A stretch of 64,000 bases of DNA from Heteronotia binoei. Lineage: Eukaryota. The stretch is from the NCBI RefSeq assembly GCF_032191835.1, contig NC_083237.1, positions 12,214,001 to 12,278,000 of the forward strand, given 5' to 3'. This document shows, piece after piece, positions 1-12,767 of this stretch; the first letter of the stretch is position 1; each line of letters starts with the position of its first letter. Both the position numbers and the translations under genes were made by a program. The notes below the pieces were generated by a model. That model was not told where the DNA came from. It was given only the letters and a program-made list of their open reading frames with translations, and searched no databases.

Positions 1-455
1 GCTGGGCTAGCAGTGCAAATGGGCAACCACAGACAGCTGCTGGGATCCTGTCACTGAAACTGAAGTGGATTTTTTCAGAACAGGATAAAATCATGTTAGT
101 TTCACAGCGTGAAACCAGCCTAGGTACCTCAGGCTCCACAGAGCCAGTTCAACAAGGTTAAATAACCATGGGCTGGCAACATTTGAGTTAAACTCTGAAA
201 TTGCTTTTGCCTTAAAATACGTAAAACAAAAACACTTTAATCTCGACTTTGTTTTTGTTTTGTTTTTATGCCATGCATATCTCTCTAATTCACAGCCTCC
301 ATTTTGTAGTGAACCAGATGCAAATCTACAGCCACTGTGACCCCTTCCCCAGCTCCACTCTGATATTCCGCCCAACCAACATTTGGTGAGACCAAACTGA
401 GTTGATTAATGATGACAGCTTAGGGCAGAACACAGCAATATAAGCATGCTGTGGT

Positions 456-1381
456 TTACTTGGGATTCCCAACCCACAGTTTTGACAGAGTGGCCTTCAT
501 CTCTTTATTCCTGAATGTGTAGATGACAGGATTCAGAAATGGGGTTACTGTGGTGTAGAACACGCTCAACACAGCATCCATGTAGTCCTGAGATGCTGGC
601 CTCAGGTAACAGAAAACAATGGGGACATAATAGATTACTACCACAGTGATGTGGGCTGAGCATGTGGAGAAGGCCCGGCGATGCCCTTCACTGCTGCTGA
701 TCCTCAAAATGGCAGAGACAATATAGACATAGGAGGGGAGGATAAGGATGAAGCAGGTTACAGCCACCAAGCTGACATCCACAAAGATCACTATCTCATT
801 GAGAGTTGTGTCCATACAAGGCAGCTTCAGCAGGGCAGGGATGTCACAAAAGATGTAGTCGATCTGGTTGTTCCATCCATAGGGCAATTGAAAGGTGAGG
901 GTCGTCTTTAACACTGAGTTCACGCAGCCTCCGATGATGGAACCCAAACAGAGAGTGAGGCAGGCTCTCCAATGCATGATGTGGCTGTAGTGGGGGGCCT
1001 TGCAGATCGCAATGAAGTGGTCGCAAGACATAATGGTGTAAAGGAGACATTCAGCACATCCGATGGAATTCAGAGAGAATACTTGACATATACATTCTCC
1101 AAAAGAGATGATTTTCCCACCAGGGAATAAACCTGCAATCAATCTGGGGAACAGAACAGAGGAAAAACCCATATCCAGGAAGGACAACTGACAGAGGAAC
1201 CAGTACATGGGCTTGTGCAACTGAACATCAGATGCCACCACCCAGACAATCAGGGAATTTCACAGAGAGTCAGAATGTACATGATCAAGAAGAAGAGTAA
1301 CAGTAGCACCTTCAGTTCTTTGGGGAATGAGAAGCCTGAGATGATGAACACAGCCGGTGCTTTTTGATTTGGACACTCCGT
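456..1381 (-). pseudogene. Olfactory receptor pseudogene (class II, OR10G/10D-like)
   Basis: Colinear with the intact paralog at 9870-10796. Start codon is ACG (1381-1379). A 1-bp deletion near 1260 (TGTGAAATTCCC vs TGTGGAAATTCCC) makes it 926 bp vs 927 bp. DRF is changed to DHF. It retains PMYWFL, STCSAH and PFLNPVIYTFRNKEMK. Confidence 0.93.
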
Positions 1382-1861
1382 TAGCAGAACATTTACATCA
1401 GGGTTGCTGAAACAGGTTCAGGAAGAGTCCCCCCTCCCCTTTTCCACAGCAAGTGCAAGATTACAGTTCCTGTCCCAACATCAATTCACATAACAGAAGA
1501 CTATCCACTCATGGGTATCTGAGTGGTCTTATTTGCAAAGGAAAGCTTTGATAGACCGAAGACCTCAAGGACTTAACAGCAAATTTATTTATAAGTTGCT
1601 AGAATTCAATATGTTTGTGAAAGTTGGAGAGACACACTGAGTTTAAAGTAAGTGGATCAGTACTAAATGTACTGATAACAAACAAATCATTGGATTGATT
1701 CTTTAAAAACACTGCCCTCCCATAAGAGATCAAAGTCCTCCCATAATCTGGAATTGATCTTGGAATACAGAGTCAGACACACCACTAGATCCTTCCCAAC
1801 TAAAGGAATGGTCTCCCCCTTTATGTAGGTACAAAGAGAACTTAAAAGCTACTACAGTTTA

Positions 1862-2158
1862 TGTAGTGTATCGCCATGGCGAGACAACGTAACAACGCAA
1901 GTACACTCAACCAAGCCAGACGCGCCCATGCGCAGAGGCGACTGGGCTGTCCCCAGGCGCCCCAACACAGGGCGCGTAAACCCCGCCAATCACCAACTGC
2001 GGCGGGAAGTTTAACAGGCCAGGATTGGGCTGGCCTGTCTAGAAGGTTGTACCGGGAGTTGTACATAAGTGGGACCCGGCCCGCGTGTTCCCTCTCTTGC
2101 AACGTGCTCCGAATAAAGAAGGTTGCCCGACTCGCGTCTCCTGTTTGAGTACGTTACA
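1862..2158 (+). repeat. 5' LTR
   Basis: 297 bp, TGTAG...TTACA, contains AATAAA, 5 mismatches to the 3' LTR. Confidence 0.97.
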
Positions 2159-2159
2159 G

Positions 2160-2177
2160 TGGCGACGAGGATGGGAT
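2160..2177 (+). other. Primer-binding site, tRNA-Ser(GCU)
   Basis: TGGCGACGAGGATGGGAT lies 1 nt after the LTR. It is the reverse complement of ...ATCCCATCCTCGTCG-CCA, which I recognise as the vertebrate tRNA-Ser(GCU) 3' end. Confidence 0.85.
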
Positions 2178-2233
2178 CCTAGCCTCATCGGCTACATCGG
2201 AGACCAAGGGCACCATTCGCCGCCGCAGCCACG

Positions 2234-5200
2234 ATGGCTAACCAGGGTGGAAGCACCGGCCACGTCGAGCAGTTCAACCCCGCGAATCCAGAGGCCTGGG
2301 AGTCCTACCTGGAACGGGTCGAATGCTACCTGAGGGCCAACAAGGTCACGGAAGACAGCATGAAAAGGGACGTCCTCCTGAGCGTCTGCGGGGCGGCCAC
2401 CTTCGAGATCGCGAAGGGTCTTTCGGCCCCCGCTCGCCTCAAGGAGAAGTCCTTCGCGGAAGTCAGCAGACTCCTCACCGGCCACTTCTTGCCCCAACCA
2501 TCGCGGGTGGCCCGCCGGTTCCTGTTCCACAGAAGGGACCAGGCGGCGGGAGAATCGGCCGCCGACTACCTGGCGGCCCTCCGCAGGATCGCCGGGAACT
2601 GCACGCTTCACGTGGGGGCTCTGCAACGAGAGGCTCCAACAGAAGCTCTTCGCCAAGGAAGAGCTCACCCTACAGAGCGCTTTCAGCGAGGCCGTGGCGT
2701 TCAAGAGGACCTCGAAGACCTTCCCCAAGGCCCGGTCGGACGCCGTGCACCACGAGGATCTGGACCAGGACCGCCAAGAAGAGGGAGAAGCCCACCAGCT
2801 GCGCCGGCCAGCCGGCCGGCCCAACTGAGCTGCACAGCGCCCCCGAGCGGCCGAACGTCCTCCAGCGGCAGAGAGGCAGCCTGCCCCCAAGTGCGCCAGT
2901 TGTGGCGACCCCCACGACAGGAGGGACTGCCAGTACCGGACCTGGGACTGCCGTAGTTGCGGGAAGACCGGACACATCGCGAGGGCCTGCCGGGCCAGAG
3001 CCGGCCGCCGGAAGCCCACTACCCACCAAGAGTCGGCGGAGTACCAATCCACCGCCTCCACCTCCCTTCAGGTACTGAACTTGCCCCCATGCGTTCCCAA
3101 CAAAATCAAAATGGTGGTCCTAATCGAGGGAGCCCCATGCCAAATGGAGGTGGACTCGGGTTCGTCCATCTCGATTATATCGGAAGAGACCCTGAGATAC
3201 CTGTGCCCCGGGCGGTGGTTCCAGACAAGACCGGCGGACTTTGTTTTGAGGGACTTCCAGAAGAACCCGGTCCAGACCGCGGGGTGGGCCCGGGTGCATG
3301 TAGAGCGGGGGTCCTTCAGGGGGAAGTTGGACATTTTGGTGGTCAAGCGCCAGCTAACCACCTTGTTGGGTTTGGCGTGGTTCAAACCCCTGGGAATACG
3401 GCTGGAAGGGGTGGGGCAAATCCTATCCACCAGCGGGGTTGGGGACGCATGCCGCGAGTTCCCCGACGTGTTCGATGGATCCCTGGGTAGCTACAAGGGG
3501 CCGGCCATTTCCCTACCGCTGGACCCCACAGTCCGACCGATTAGGCTCAAGGCCAGGCGGGTTCCATTCGCGCTCAAGCCAAAGATAGAGGCCGAACTGG
3601 ACCGCCTTATGGCTCAAGGGGTACTGGAACCCGTAGAATATGCCACGTGGGAAACCCCAATAGTCACGCCGGTTAAGCCCAACGGAGAGGTGCGGATCTG
3701 CGCTGATTATAAGTGCACCATAAATAGGGCACTTCAAGATAATCCGTACCCGGTACCGGTAATAAGCCACGTTCTGGGAGCCCTAGCCGGGTCAAAGATC
3801 TTCGGGAAGCTGGACCTGGCACAGGCCTACCAGCAGCTTCCGGTAGATGATAAAACAGCAGAGGCCCAAACCATTGTCACACACCGGGGGGTCTTCAGGG
3901 TGCGGAGGCTACAGTTTGGGGTGAGCGTGGCTCCGGGGATCTTCCAAAGCATAATGGATGCTCTCCTTAAAGGAATCCCCAGAGTCCAACCGTTTTTTGA
4001 CGATGTTCTGATCGCCGCTCCCGACCCGGAGGAATTCAACAACCGCCTCCAAGAAGTGCTCCGCCGGTTCCAGTCAGCGGGGCTCAAAGTCAAGCGGGAA
4101 AAGTGCTTACTGGGCGTTCCGTGAGTGGAGTTCCTAGGGTTCGCGGTAGACGCAGCAGGAATCCACCCGACGGAGGAGAAAACACGAGCCATTGTACAAG
4201 CCCCGGCCCCCACGTGCAAAGCGGAACTCCAAAGTTTCTTGGGGTTATTAAATTTTTATCACTCGTTCCTCCCCCACAAGGCAGCCTTGGCGGAACGCCT
4301 CCACAGGCTGCTGGACAAACACGCCCCTTGGGTATGGGGCAAACGCCATGCCGCCGCGTTCCAGGTGGTTAAAGACACGTTGGTCTCTAATGCGGTGCTC
4401 CACCACTTTGACGAGAACCTCCCGGTCATCCTGGCTTGCGACGCATCGCCATATGGGGTGGGCGCAGTCCTGGGGCACCAACTCCCGGATGGGAGGGAGG
4501 TGCCGGTGGCCTATTACTCCCGCACACTATCACCGGCTGAGCGCAATTACGCTCAAATTGATAAAGAGGCTCTGGCCATCGTTGCGGGGGTGCATAAGTT
4601 TAATGATTACTTATACGGGCGCAAGTTCACAATAGCCACCGACCACAAGCCGCTCTTGGGTCTGCTTGCCCCGGACCGTCAAACCCCTCAAATACTGTCC
4701 CAGCGCGTACTGCGGTGGAACCAATTTCTAAATTCATACATGTACACGTTGGTCCACCGAGCAGGCAAGGCCATGGGCCACGCAGACGCGCTCAGCCGCT
4801 TGCCACAACCAGACATGGGCCCAGATTCTGCCCCCGCACACCACGTCATGTCGATCGAGTCACTCCCGGAACAGCCCCTCCACGCTGCGGAGGTCGCCAA
4901 GGCCACCGGGAAAAACAAGACACTGGCTAGGGTTCTCGACTGGGTGGTGAGGGGGTGGCCAGAAGGGAACATGGGGGAAGAATTTAGACCCTATAAATCG
5001 AGGAGGGAGGAACTAGCAGCCCACAAAGGGTGCATATTATGGGGAAGCAGGGTGGTGGTTCCGCCCCCACTACAGAAGCGAGTCCTGGAGTCCCTCCACG
5101 AGACCCACCCCGGCATAGTCAGGATGAAGGCCTTAGCCAGGAGCTACGTCTGGTGGCCGGGGATGGACGAGGAGATCGAGAACTGGGTCCGGAGGTGCCA

Positions 5201-6229
5201 GGTGTGCCAGGAGTCGCGGCCCGAACCTCCCAGCGCCCCCACCACTCGGTGGGAATCTACCAGGAAACCATGGTCCAGGCTCCACCTCGACTTCGCGGGG
5301 CCCTTCCAGGGACAGACCTTCCTGATCATGGTGGACGCATACACCAAATGGCTGGAGGTCTGTCCCGTGGCATCCACGTCATCAGCAGCAGCAATCCGAG
5401 CGCTGCGCAGGGCACTGTGCACCCACGGCATCCCGGACACTATTGTCTCGGATAACGGGGCCGCCTTCACCTCTGGGGAATTCCAGGCGTTCCTCCAGAG
5501 GTACCTGATCAGGCACGTAAGGTCAGCCCCGTTCCATCCAGCCACTAACGGGCAGGCAGAGCGCATGGTACGCACCACTAAGGAAGCCCTGGGCCAATCG
5601 TACAAGGCGACTGGGAACACAGACTAGCCGCCTTCCTGTTCGACAACAGAGTAATCCCCAACCCAGTCACGGGGGTTAGCCCGGCCGAACTCCTCATGGG
5701 GCGGAAGCTTATAACTCGACTAGACAGGCTACACCCCGACCGAGCGTCAGACATCCGCGGGTCCCCAGAGGTCAGGGACGCAGCCAGGGGGTTCTTTGCA
5801 GGCGATCCAGTATACGCCCGTAACTACGCCAGGGGGCCTGAGTGGGTGGCGGGCCGGGTGCTGAGGGTAACAGGGTCCCGCCACTACGAGGTATCCACAG
5901 AGGGGAGCCAGGTATTACGGCGGCACATCGATCAACTGCGCCGCCGCACGCTCCCAGAAGGGCCTACCGAAGCGGAGGGGGCAAGACCCGGAGGAGAGCC
6001 AGCCGGGCCCCAACCAGAGGACTCCGCATCCGCACCGATCCTACCGACTGGCGAGACCCCTGGGCCAGCAGAGCCCGAATGATCAGCAGAGCCGGATCAA
6101 CAGCCCGCTGCCGCACCGCTTCCCGCAGAAGCCCCCGTCGCAGAAGACGTGCCTGCACCTCAAGCCGCCCCAAGACGATCTACCAGGGAACGCCGGCCTC
6201 CCGCCTACCTAAGGGACTATGTACAATAA
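2234..6229 (+). pseudogene. Disrupted single-ORF gag-pol polyprotein
   Basis: Gag start MANQGG...; zinc knuckles CASCGDPHDRRDC and CRSCGKTGHIARAC; protease MEVDSGS; RT LDLAQAY...FFDD; RNase H CDAS...EALA...DHKPL...ADALSR; integrase HHCC and DDE; tail RRSTRERRPPAYLRDYV. Lesions: frameshifting deletion near 2603, TGA at 2826, 4122 and 6080, and a 1-bp deletion near 5597. Confidence 0.93.
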
Positions 6230-6231
6230 CT

Positions 6232-6244
6232 AGGGGGGGAGGAG
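6232..6244 (+). other. Polypurine tract
   Basis: AGGGGGGGAGGAG directly abuts the 3' LTR. Confidence 0.9.
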
Positions 6245-6541
6245 TGTAGTGTATCGCCATGGCGAGACAACATAACAACGCAAGTACACTCAACCAAGCC
6301 AGACGCGCCCATGCGCAGAGGCGACTGGGCTGTCCCCAGGCGCCCCAACACAGGGCGCATAAACCCCGCCAATCACCAACTGCAGCGGGAAGTTTAACAG
6401 GCCAGGATTGGGCTGGCCTGTCTAGAAGGTTGTACCGGGAGTTGTACATAAGCGGGACCCGGCCCGCGTGTTCCCTCTCTTGCAACGTGCTCCGAATAAA
6501 GAAGGTTGCCCGACTCGCGTCTCCTGTTTGAGTATGTTACA
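6245..6541 (+). repeat. 3' LTR
   Basis: 297-bp direct repeat of 1862-2158. Confidence 0.97.
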
Positions 6542-7689
6542 GTTTACTTGTTACTTTCTGGCTACCTATCATTTCAGTTTGTTTCACTCCTAAACTTACA
6601 AAGGTTATAGTGATGGAATGTCTGGCTCAGTGATGTAAGTCAAGCTTCTACAAATGCATCAACCTCAGCATCCTGAGGATAGAGGATGATGGAGGAGCCA
6701 AAATTTCCTTCCCCAAAAGTGTCTATGATTGTGGGTTGAAGTTCAAACAATGAAGAGTCTTGTGGCTTCCAAAAACACGTCCATACCATGGCATGTAAAC
6801 CAGAACCTACATGACGAAAGTCTTTCCCATCTCTTCTTATTTGATTCTCCTACTGCTTTCTGTCTATTCGTTCTCTGCTTTACCTTTTTTAATTTGTTTC
6901 TTCTAATTACTTCAGATGCATTGAAGAGGCTTCCATCATTTTGTCTGTTAAGAAGGAGAGTGTGTACATGGAAGGGTGTTGTGCACAGGCAACCCAGGCA
7001 AAACTATGTATAAGTGTTCATATTTAATTCACCTGCTGCTAGAAACGAAGTGTAGGATGAATGTTCTTCACCAGCACGTTCTGCTTTCTCATATGTCTTT
7101 ATACAGTTTTATCATCTGTGAGTCACTTGCTGCCACTTTGGTCATTTCCCCAAAGTCTTGCAGACAATACCACTGTTGACCATTATGATGTTTATGATGA
7201 GCCCTTTCCACTAATTCCATGGAGTGTCATTAAACACACTGTTTGGAGGAATGGTCTATTTCTATTTGCTATAGATTGATTAGCTACATCCTTTTGTAAT
7301 CTCTCTGGCTTTGGTGAAGTTATAAAACCAGTGATTTGAGCAATTGACATGGAAAACCATCTGAAACCTCTCTGGAAGGTTCATATAGCCAGTTCTACAT
7401 GGTGAATTTCCATGGGGAAACCATTGTTGGGGCTAAGCTCTGGTTTTGGGTTGCTTTGAAATATTTTTCTGTAATGGTGCTTTGGTTTATGGTAGATTTG
7501 TGTTTCTGATAAAAAGGGTTTATTTTTACCTCCCTCCCTCCCACAAACACACCCTTACAGCCAAACTTGAAGTTATTTCTTCTGCAAGTTTGCCACAAGA
7601 AGTTACAACCACACTACAACTCCCCGTCCCAGTGGCAATTGCAGTTGGAGGCTGGGAACTCTGTGTCCCCCCATAAGGACCTGGGCCAC

Positions 7690-7870
7690 TACTTTCTGAA
7701 CCAGATGCAATTTCTGCATCAGTCTCAAAGGAGCCGTATATAGAGCAAGTTACAGTAGTCCAACCTGGAGGTGACCGTTGCATGGATTTCTGTAGGAAGG
7801 TCAGGGCAAGACAGGAAGGGGGTCCATTGCTTGATCTGGCTTAGTTGGAGGAACACCAGTGTAGAGCTTT
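7690..7870 (-). mobile_element. Old L2 LINE fragment (paralogous copy at about 14080-14250)
   Basis: The minus strand reads EIHATVTSRLDYCNLL, an L2 RT C-terminal motif. Boundaries are approximate. Confidence 0.65.
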
Positions 7871-8234
7871 GAGGAGCTATGGGTTGGGTTGAACAATTAA
7901 ACTACTCAATATGCATATTAGGAGTAGTGTGTGTAGGAGGACTGGAAGAAAAAAGAAAGAAGTAGGGTGTGGAGCATGAGGCCTAGTCATTTTGGATTGC
8001 TGAAAGGCCTCGGCAGAAGAAGTTTTGTCTGGTGTGGGCTCTCCTTTTTTGTAAATCACACTTCTTTTGAAGGAGTTAGCCCCCAGACCGCTCACCTATG
8101 AACTGGAGTTGATTACTCCTCTTAAATGGCGAGGAAGGAGGCCCTGAAAACTTTCCTTCCTACTTGAGGCCAGTTTCTGAGGGACTGTGGCTGGATCAGT
8201 TTCAACAGCGATTCTGGGACACTGACTACTGGAC

Positions 8235-8937
8235 CAATGTTCCCTCTAATCTGCAGAGCCTTGTGAGCAAAAATTTGTGAGCTACTGACATTAAAGCTGT
8301 GTGCTGCTGCATAAATTATTGTGCTCTGGGGCCATCTTTTTTAAGTAGGGTTGCCAATCCCCAGGTGGGGGCAGGGGATCCCCCCAGTTTGGAGGCCCTG
8401 CCCCCGCTTCAGGGTCGTCAGAAAGCGGGGGGAGGGAGGGAAATGTCTGCTGGGAACTCTATGATTCCCTATGGAGATTTGTTCCCATAGAAAATCATGG
8501 AGAATTAATCTGCGGGTATCTGGGGCTCTGGGGGGGGGGGTGTTTTGGGGTAGAGGCACCAATTTTTTAGTATAGCATCTAGTGCCTCTTCCCAAAATAC
8601 CCCCCAAGTTTCAAACATATTGGACCAGGGGGTACAATTCTATGTGCTCCAAAAGAAGGTGCCCCTATCCTCATTATTTCCTATGAAAGGAAGGAATTGA
8701 AAAGGTGTGCCGTCCCTTTAAATGTGATGGCCAGAACTCCCTTTGGAGTTCAAATTTGCTTGTCACAGCCTTGACCTTGGCTCCACCCCTAACGTCTCCT
8801 GGCTCCACCCCCAAAGTCCCCAGATATTTCTTGAATTGGACTTGGCAACCCTATTTTTGAGCTAAGACAAAAATGTATGAGCTAGAGGCTAAAATCTGTG
8901 AGGTAGCTCACACTAACTCAGCATAGCGGGAACACTG
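8235..8937. mobile_element. hAT non-autonomous element hosting a nested hAT element
   Basis: TIRs CAATGTTCCC / GGGAACACTG, TSD TACTGGAC/TACTGGGC. The paralogous site near 14635 is empty. Confidence 0.8.
8346..8853. mobile_element. hAT MITE (TAGGGTTGCC family)
   Basis: TIRs TAGGGTTGCCAA / TTGGCAACCCTA, TSD TTTTTAAG/TTTTTGAG. Confidence 0.85.
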
Positions 8938-9869
8938 TACTGGGCTGTTGGGTTTTGAAGGGAAAGAGTTTGGGGAGTGGGGAGTCACTTCCCAGTGTGC
9001 CATATTGCATTTTGCCTGTTGTAATGAATAGTTACTTTGCTTAAGCCAAGGTATGTGAGTGGGAGGCCCTAAGCCTTGTATCTACTCTTTTTCCCAATGC
9101 CCAGTTACACCAAACTTGCTACATTTTAACACCCTGACAAATACCAAGGTGTAGGTTGTATTCAGTCATAGGATTGGAACCAGAGGTGCCCTTCCACTGA
9201 TAGAAGACTCATAAATTACAAGTAAAACCATCACATTATGACAGTCACCCTAGCATATCATGCCAGCAACTCTTCAACGGAACTCAAGGTACTTTGCATA
9301 TGATTGTCATCCCCCATTTTATCTCCACTATGAGGTGGGCTAGGCTGAGACTTAGCAAGTGTCCTAAAGTCATACAGTGAATTTCATGGATGAGCAGGCA
9401 TCTGAACCCTCATCCTAAACTTACATTCCAAGTTTTAGTCTGACAAAGAACCAGTCCCCCAATACAGAAAAGAGTGGTTTTTTGTCTGATTAAGAACCAC
9501 GCCACTCCACCAAGCTGGCTGAATAGGAGAAAGAAGAGAGTCTATGTACCTCAGGCTCCACAGAGCCAGTTTAACAAGGTAAAATAACAATGGGTTGGGA
9601 AAATTTAGGCTAAACTGTAGTATTGGGGATGCCTAGAATTATTTAAATAAACACTCTAATCTTTATCTTGTTTATTATATTTATGCCATGCATTTCTCTC
9701 TAATTTCCATGCTCCATTTCAAAGTGAAACAAATGAATATCTACAGCCACTGTGACCCCCCCTCCCCAGCTCCAATCTGATAATCAGCCCAATCAACATT
9801 GGTGAAATCAAGCTGAGTTGATTGGTGATGACATCTTAGAAGCACATAGCCATAAAAACGTATTGCTGT

Positions 9870-10796
9870 TTAATTGGGATTCCCAACCCACAGTTTCGAC
9901 AGACCAGCCTTCATCTCCTTATTCCTGAATGTGTAGATGACAGGATTCAGAAACGGGGTTATTGTGGTGTAGAACATGCTCACCACACCATCCACGGAGT
10001 CCTGAGATGCTGGCCTCAGGTAATGGAAAACGATCGGGACGTAATAGATAACGACCACTGTGATGTGGGCTGAGCACGTGGAGAAGGCCCGGCGACGCCC
10101 TTCACTGCTGTTGATCCTCAAAATGGTGGAGACAATATAGACATAGGACGTCAGGATAAGAATGAAGCAGCCCATGGCCACAAGGCCGATGTCCACCATG
10201 GTCACCATCTCATTGAGTATTGTGTCTGCACAAGTCAGCTTTAGTAGGGCAGGGATATCACAAAAGACATAGTCAATCTGGTTGTTCCATCCATAGGGCA
10301 ATCGAAAGGTTAGGGTCGTCTCTAACACTGAGTGCATGCAGCCTCCAATCATGGCACCCAAGCAGAGGTTGAGGCAGACACTCCAATGCATGATATGGCT
10401 GTAGTGGAGGGGCTTGCAGATGGCAATGAAGCGGTCATAAGCCATAATGGTGTAAAGGAGACATTCAGCACATCCAAGGAAATGGAAAAAAAATACCTGA
10501 CATACACATTCTCCAAAGGAGATGATCTTTCCACTAGGGAAGAACCCTGCAATCAATCTGGGGACCACAATAGAAGGGTAAGCCATATCCAGGAAGGACA
10601 AATGGCAAAGGAACCAGTACATGGGCTTGTGCAACTGGACCTCAGATGCCACCACCCAGACAATCAGGGAATTTCCACAGAGAGTCAAAATGTACATAAG
10701 GAAGAAATAAAGTAATAGTGGCACCTTAAGTTCTTTGGGGAATGAGAAGCCTGAGATGATGAATACAGCTGGCTGTGTTTGATTTGGACACTCCAT
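9870..10796 (-). CDS. Olfactory receptor, class II, OR10G/10D-like, intact (308 aa)
   Basis: Single-exon 7TM ORF with an N5 glycosylation sequon, GN, LHKPMYWFL, MAYDRFIAICKPLHY, FSTCSAH and PFLNPVIYTFRNKEMK. Confidence 0.96.
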   Translation of the reverse strand: MECPNQTQPAVFIISGFSFPKELKVPLLLYFFLMYILTLCGNSLIVWVVASEVQLHKPMYWFLCHLSFLDMAYPSIVVPRLIAGFFPSGKIISFGECVCQVFFFHFLGCAECLLYTIMAYDRFIAICKPLHYSHIMHWSVCLNLCLGAMIGGCMHSVLETTLTFRLPYGWNNQIDYVFCDIPALLKLTCADTILNEMVTMVDIGLVAMGCFILILTSYVYIVSTILRINSSEGRRRAFSTCSAHITVVVIYYVPIVFHYLRPASQDSVDGVVSMFYTTITPFLNPVIYTFRNKEMKAGLSKLWVGNPN

Positions 10797-10925
10797 TATC
10801 AGAACAGTTATATTAGGGTCCTTGAAGCACGATCAGGAAGACTTTTTTACAAAGCAAGTGCAGGGTTACAGTTCCTTTCTCATAACAAAAGGCTATCCAC
10901 ATGAGGTTACCTGAATAGTCTTATG

Positions 10926-11073
10926 CAGGGGTCATTTTATGGAAAAATAGGTGGTGGAGCTCATCCAGAGATTGGTATGCAGATGTACATACTATACAAT
11001 GGACAAGGAGGTGGAACTCTCAGAAAGGTTCAGGAGCTGCGCTCCTGTGAGCTCCCACTGAATCTGAGGCCTG
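10926..11073. mobile_element. hAT MITE (CAGGGGTCATTT...AGGCCTG family)
   Basis: Perfect 8-bp TSD GTCTTATG. The paralogous site near 17520 is empty. Confidence 0.88.
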
Positions 11074-11259
11074 GTCTTATGTGAAACGGATGACCTTCTA
11101 GGCTGAAGATCCCCTGAACTCAATAATGTATTTACAAAGAGCTAGAATTCATTATGTTTGAGAATGTTGGAGACACACTGAGTTTAATGTAAGTGGATCA
11201 GGGCTACATATGCTGATAACAAATAAAGCGATAGACTGATTCCTTAATCTGACTGCGCT

Positions 11260-11430
11260 CTCTGACCTGGAAGACCCAGGATAGCCTCTTTAATCAGATC
11301 TCTTGAAGTTAAGCAGAGTCAGCTGCGGTTGGTACGTAGATGGGAGACTTCCAAGAAAATCCAGGGTTGTCATACAGGTTGGTAATGCCAAGCCAACTTT
11401 GTCTGACTCTTACCTGGAATGCTCTACACA
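11260..11430 (+). mobile_element. 5S rRNA-derived SINE, degraded (paralog at about 17685-17850)
   Basis: GATCTCTTGAAGTTAAGCAGAGTCAG...GATGGGAGAC matches the internal part of 5S rRNA and is followed by a BovB-like tail. It is not an intact 5S gene. Confidence 0.65.
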
Positions 11431-12767
11431 GTTGCCTTAAATCAGCTTGATGACACTTTCCCCATTAAACATCAGACTCCTCCCACAATCTGGAATTGAT
11501 CTTGGAATATAGAGTCAGACACACCATTAGATCCTTTCCAACTAAAGGAATGATCTCCTCCTTAATTTAGGTACAAAGGTAACCTAAATCCTAGCACAGC
11601 TTACTTGTTACTTGCTGGCTACCTAACATTTCGGTTTGTTTCTGCTATAAGTTTGCAAAGGTTATAGAGATGGAATACCTGGCTCAGTGATGTAAGTCAA
11701 GCTTCAGCAAATGCATTAGCCTCAGCATCCTGAGCACAGAGGATGATGGAGGAGCCAAAATTTCCTTCCCCAAAACTGCCGATGATTGTGGATTGTAGTC
11801 CAAACAATGAAGAATCTTGTGGCTTCTAGAAATGCTTTGATATCATGGCATGTAAACCAGAACCTACTTGACGAAAGTCTTTCCCAACTCTTCTTACTTG
11901 ATTCTTCTACTGCGTTCTTTCTTTTACCTTCTGTAGAGATGTTGCTTTACTCTTTCAGGTCTATGTTTTCGAACTGCTTCAATCATCATGCAATGAAAAT
12001 GCTTCCATCATATTGTCTGTTAAGAAAGAGAATTTGTACATGGAAGGCTGTTGTGCACAGACAACCCAGGCAGAACTATGTGTCTAGATGAGAGATCGTC
12101 TTTAATACAGGTTCACCTGCTGCTAGAAATGAAGTGTAGGATGACTGTTCTCAATCAGCGGGAACACATTCTACTTTCTCAAATGTCTTTATACAGTTTT
12201 ATCTGTGAGTCAGTAGCTGCCACTTTGGTCATTTCCCCAAAGTCTTGCAGAGATGTCCGCTGGTGACAATTATGATGTTTATGATGAACCCTTTCCACTA
12301 ATTCCAGTGAGTGTTGTTAAAGACACTGTTTGGAGGAATGATATATTTCTGTGTGCTACAAAGTACACAGGGGGAAAAAATACCCTTCTGAATGATTAGC
12401 TATATCCTTTTGTAAGCTCTCTGGCTTTGTCAAAGTTATGCAACCAGTGATTTGAGTAACTGACATGAAAAACCATCAAAAACCTCTCTGGAAGGTTTAT
12501 ATAGTCAGTTCCACATGGTGAATTCACCACGGGGGACCACTGTTGGGGCTAAGTTGGGTTTGGGGGTGCTTTGAAATATTTTTTGGTAATATTTTGATTT
12601 AAGGTAGATCTGTGCTTCTGAAAAGAAAGCTTTATTTTCACACCTCCCCCACACAGAAACACACCCTTGCAGACAAACTTGAAGTTATTTCTTCCGCAAA
12701 TTTGCCACAGGAAGTTACAGCCACACTACAACTCCCAATCCCAGCGGCAATCGCACTTGAAGGCTGG

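Larger units (their letters stand above)
1862..6541 (+). mobile_element. Full-length Ty3/Gypsy LTR retrotransposon, Mag-like clade, recently inactivated
   Basis: Two 297-bp LTRs (TG...CA), 5-bp TSD GTTTA (1857-1861 and 6542-6546), PBS, PPT, and domain order gag-PR-RT-RNaseH-IN. Confidence 0.97.

Noticed and set aside
1381-1862. Gypsy insertion as the cause of the first OR's pseudogenisation
   Set aside because: The gene has several coding lesions while the LTRs show no non-CpG divergence, so the order is unresolved and decay may be older.
2192-5620. Antisense and alternate-frame ORFs over the retrotransposon
   Set aside because: They are shadows of a GC-rich coding region with no independent motifs.
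10332-10715. Recurrent antisense ORFs in the OR genes (also 16476, 23350, 33181, 50502, 62654)
   Set aside because: They are codon-structure shadows of the sense genes with inconsistent starts and ends.
11260-11430. 5S rRNA gene
   Set aside because: It is a partial, diverged match followed by a LINE-like tail, so it is a SINE head.
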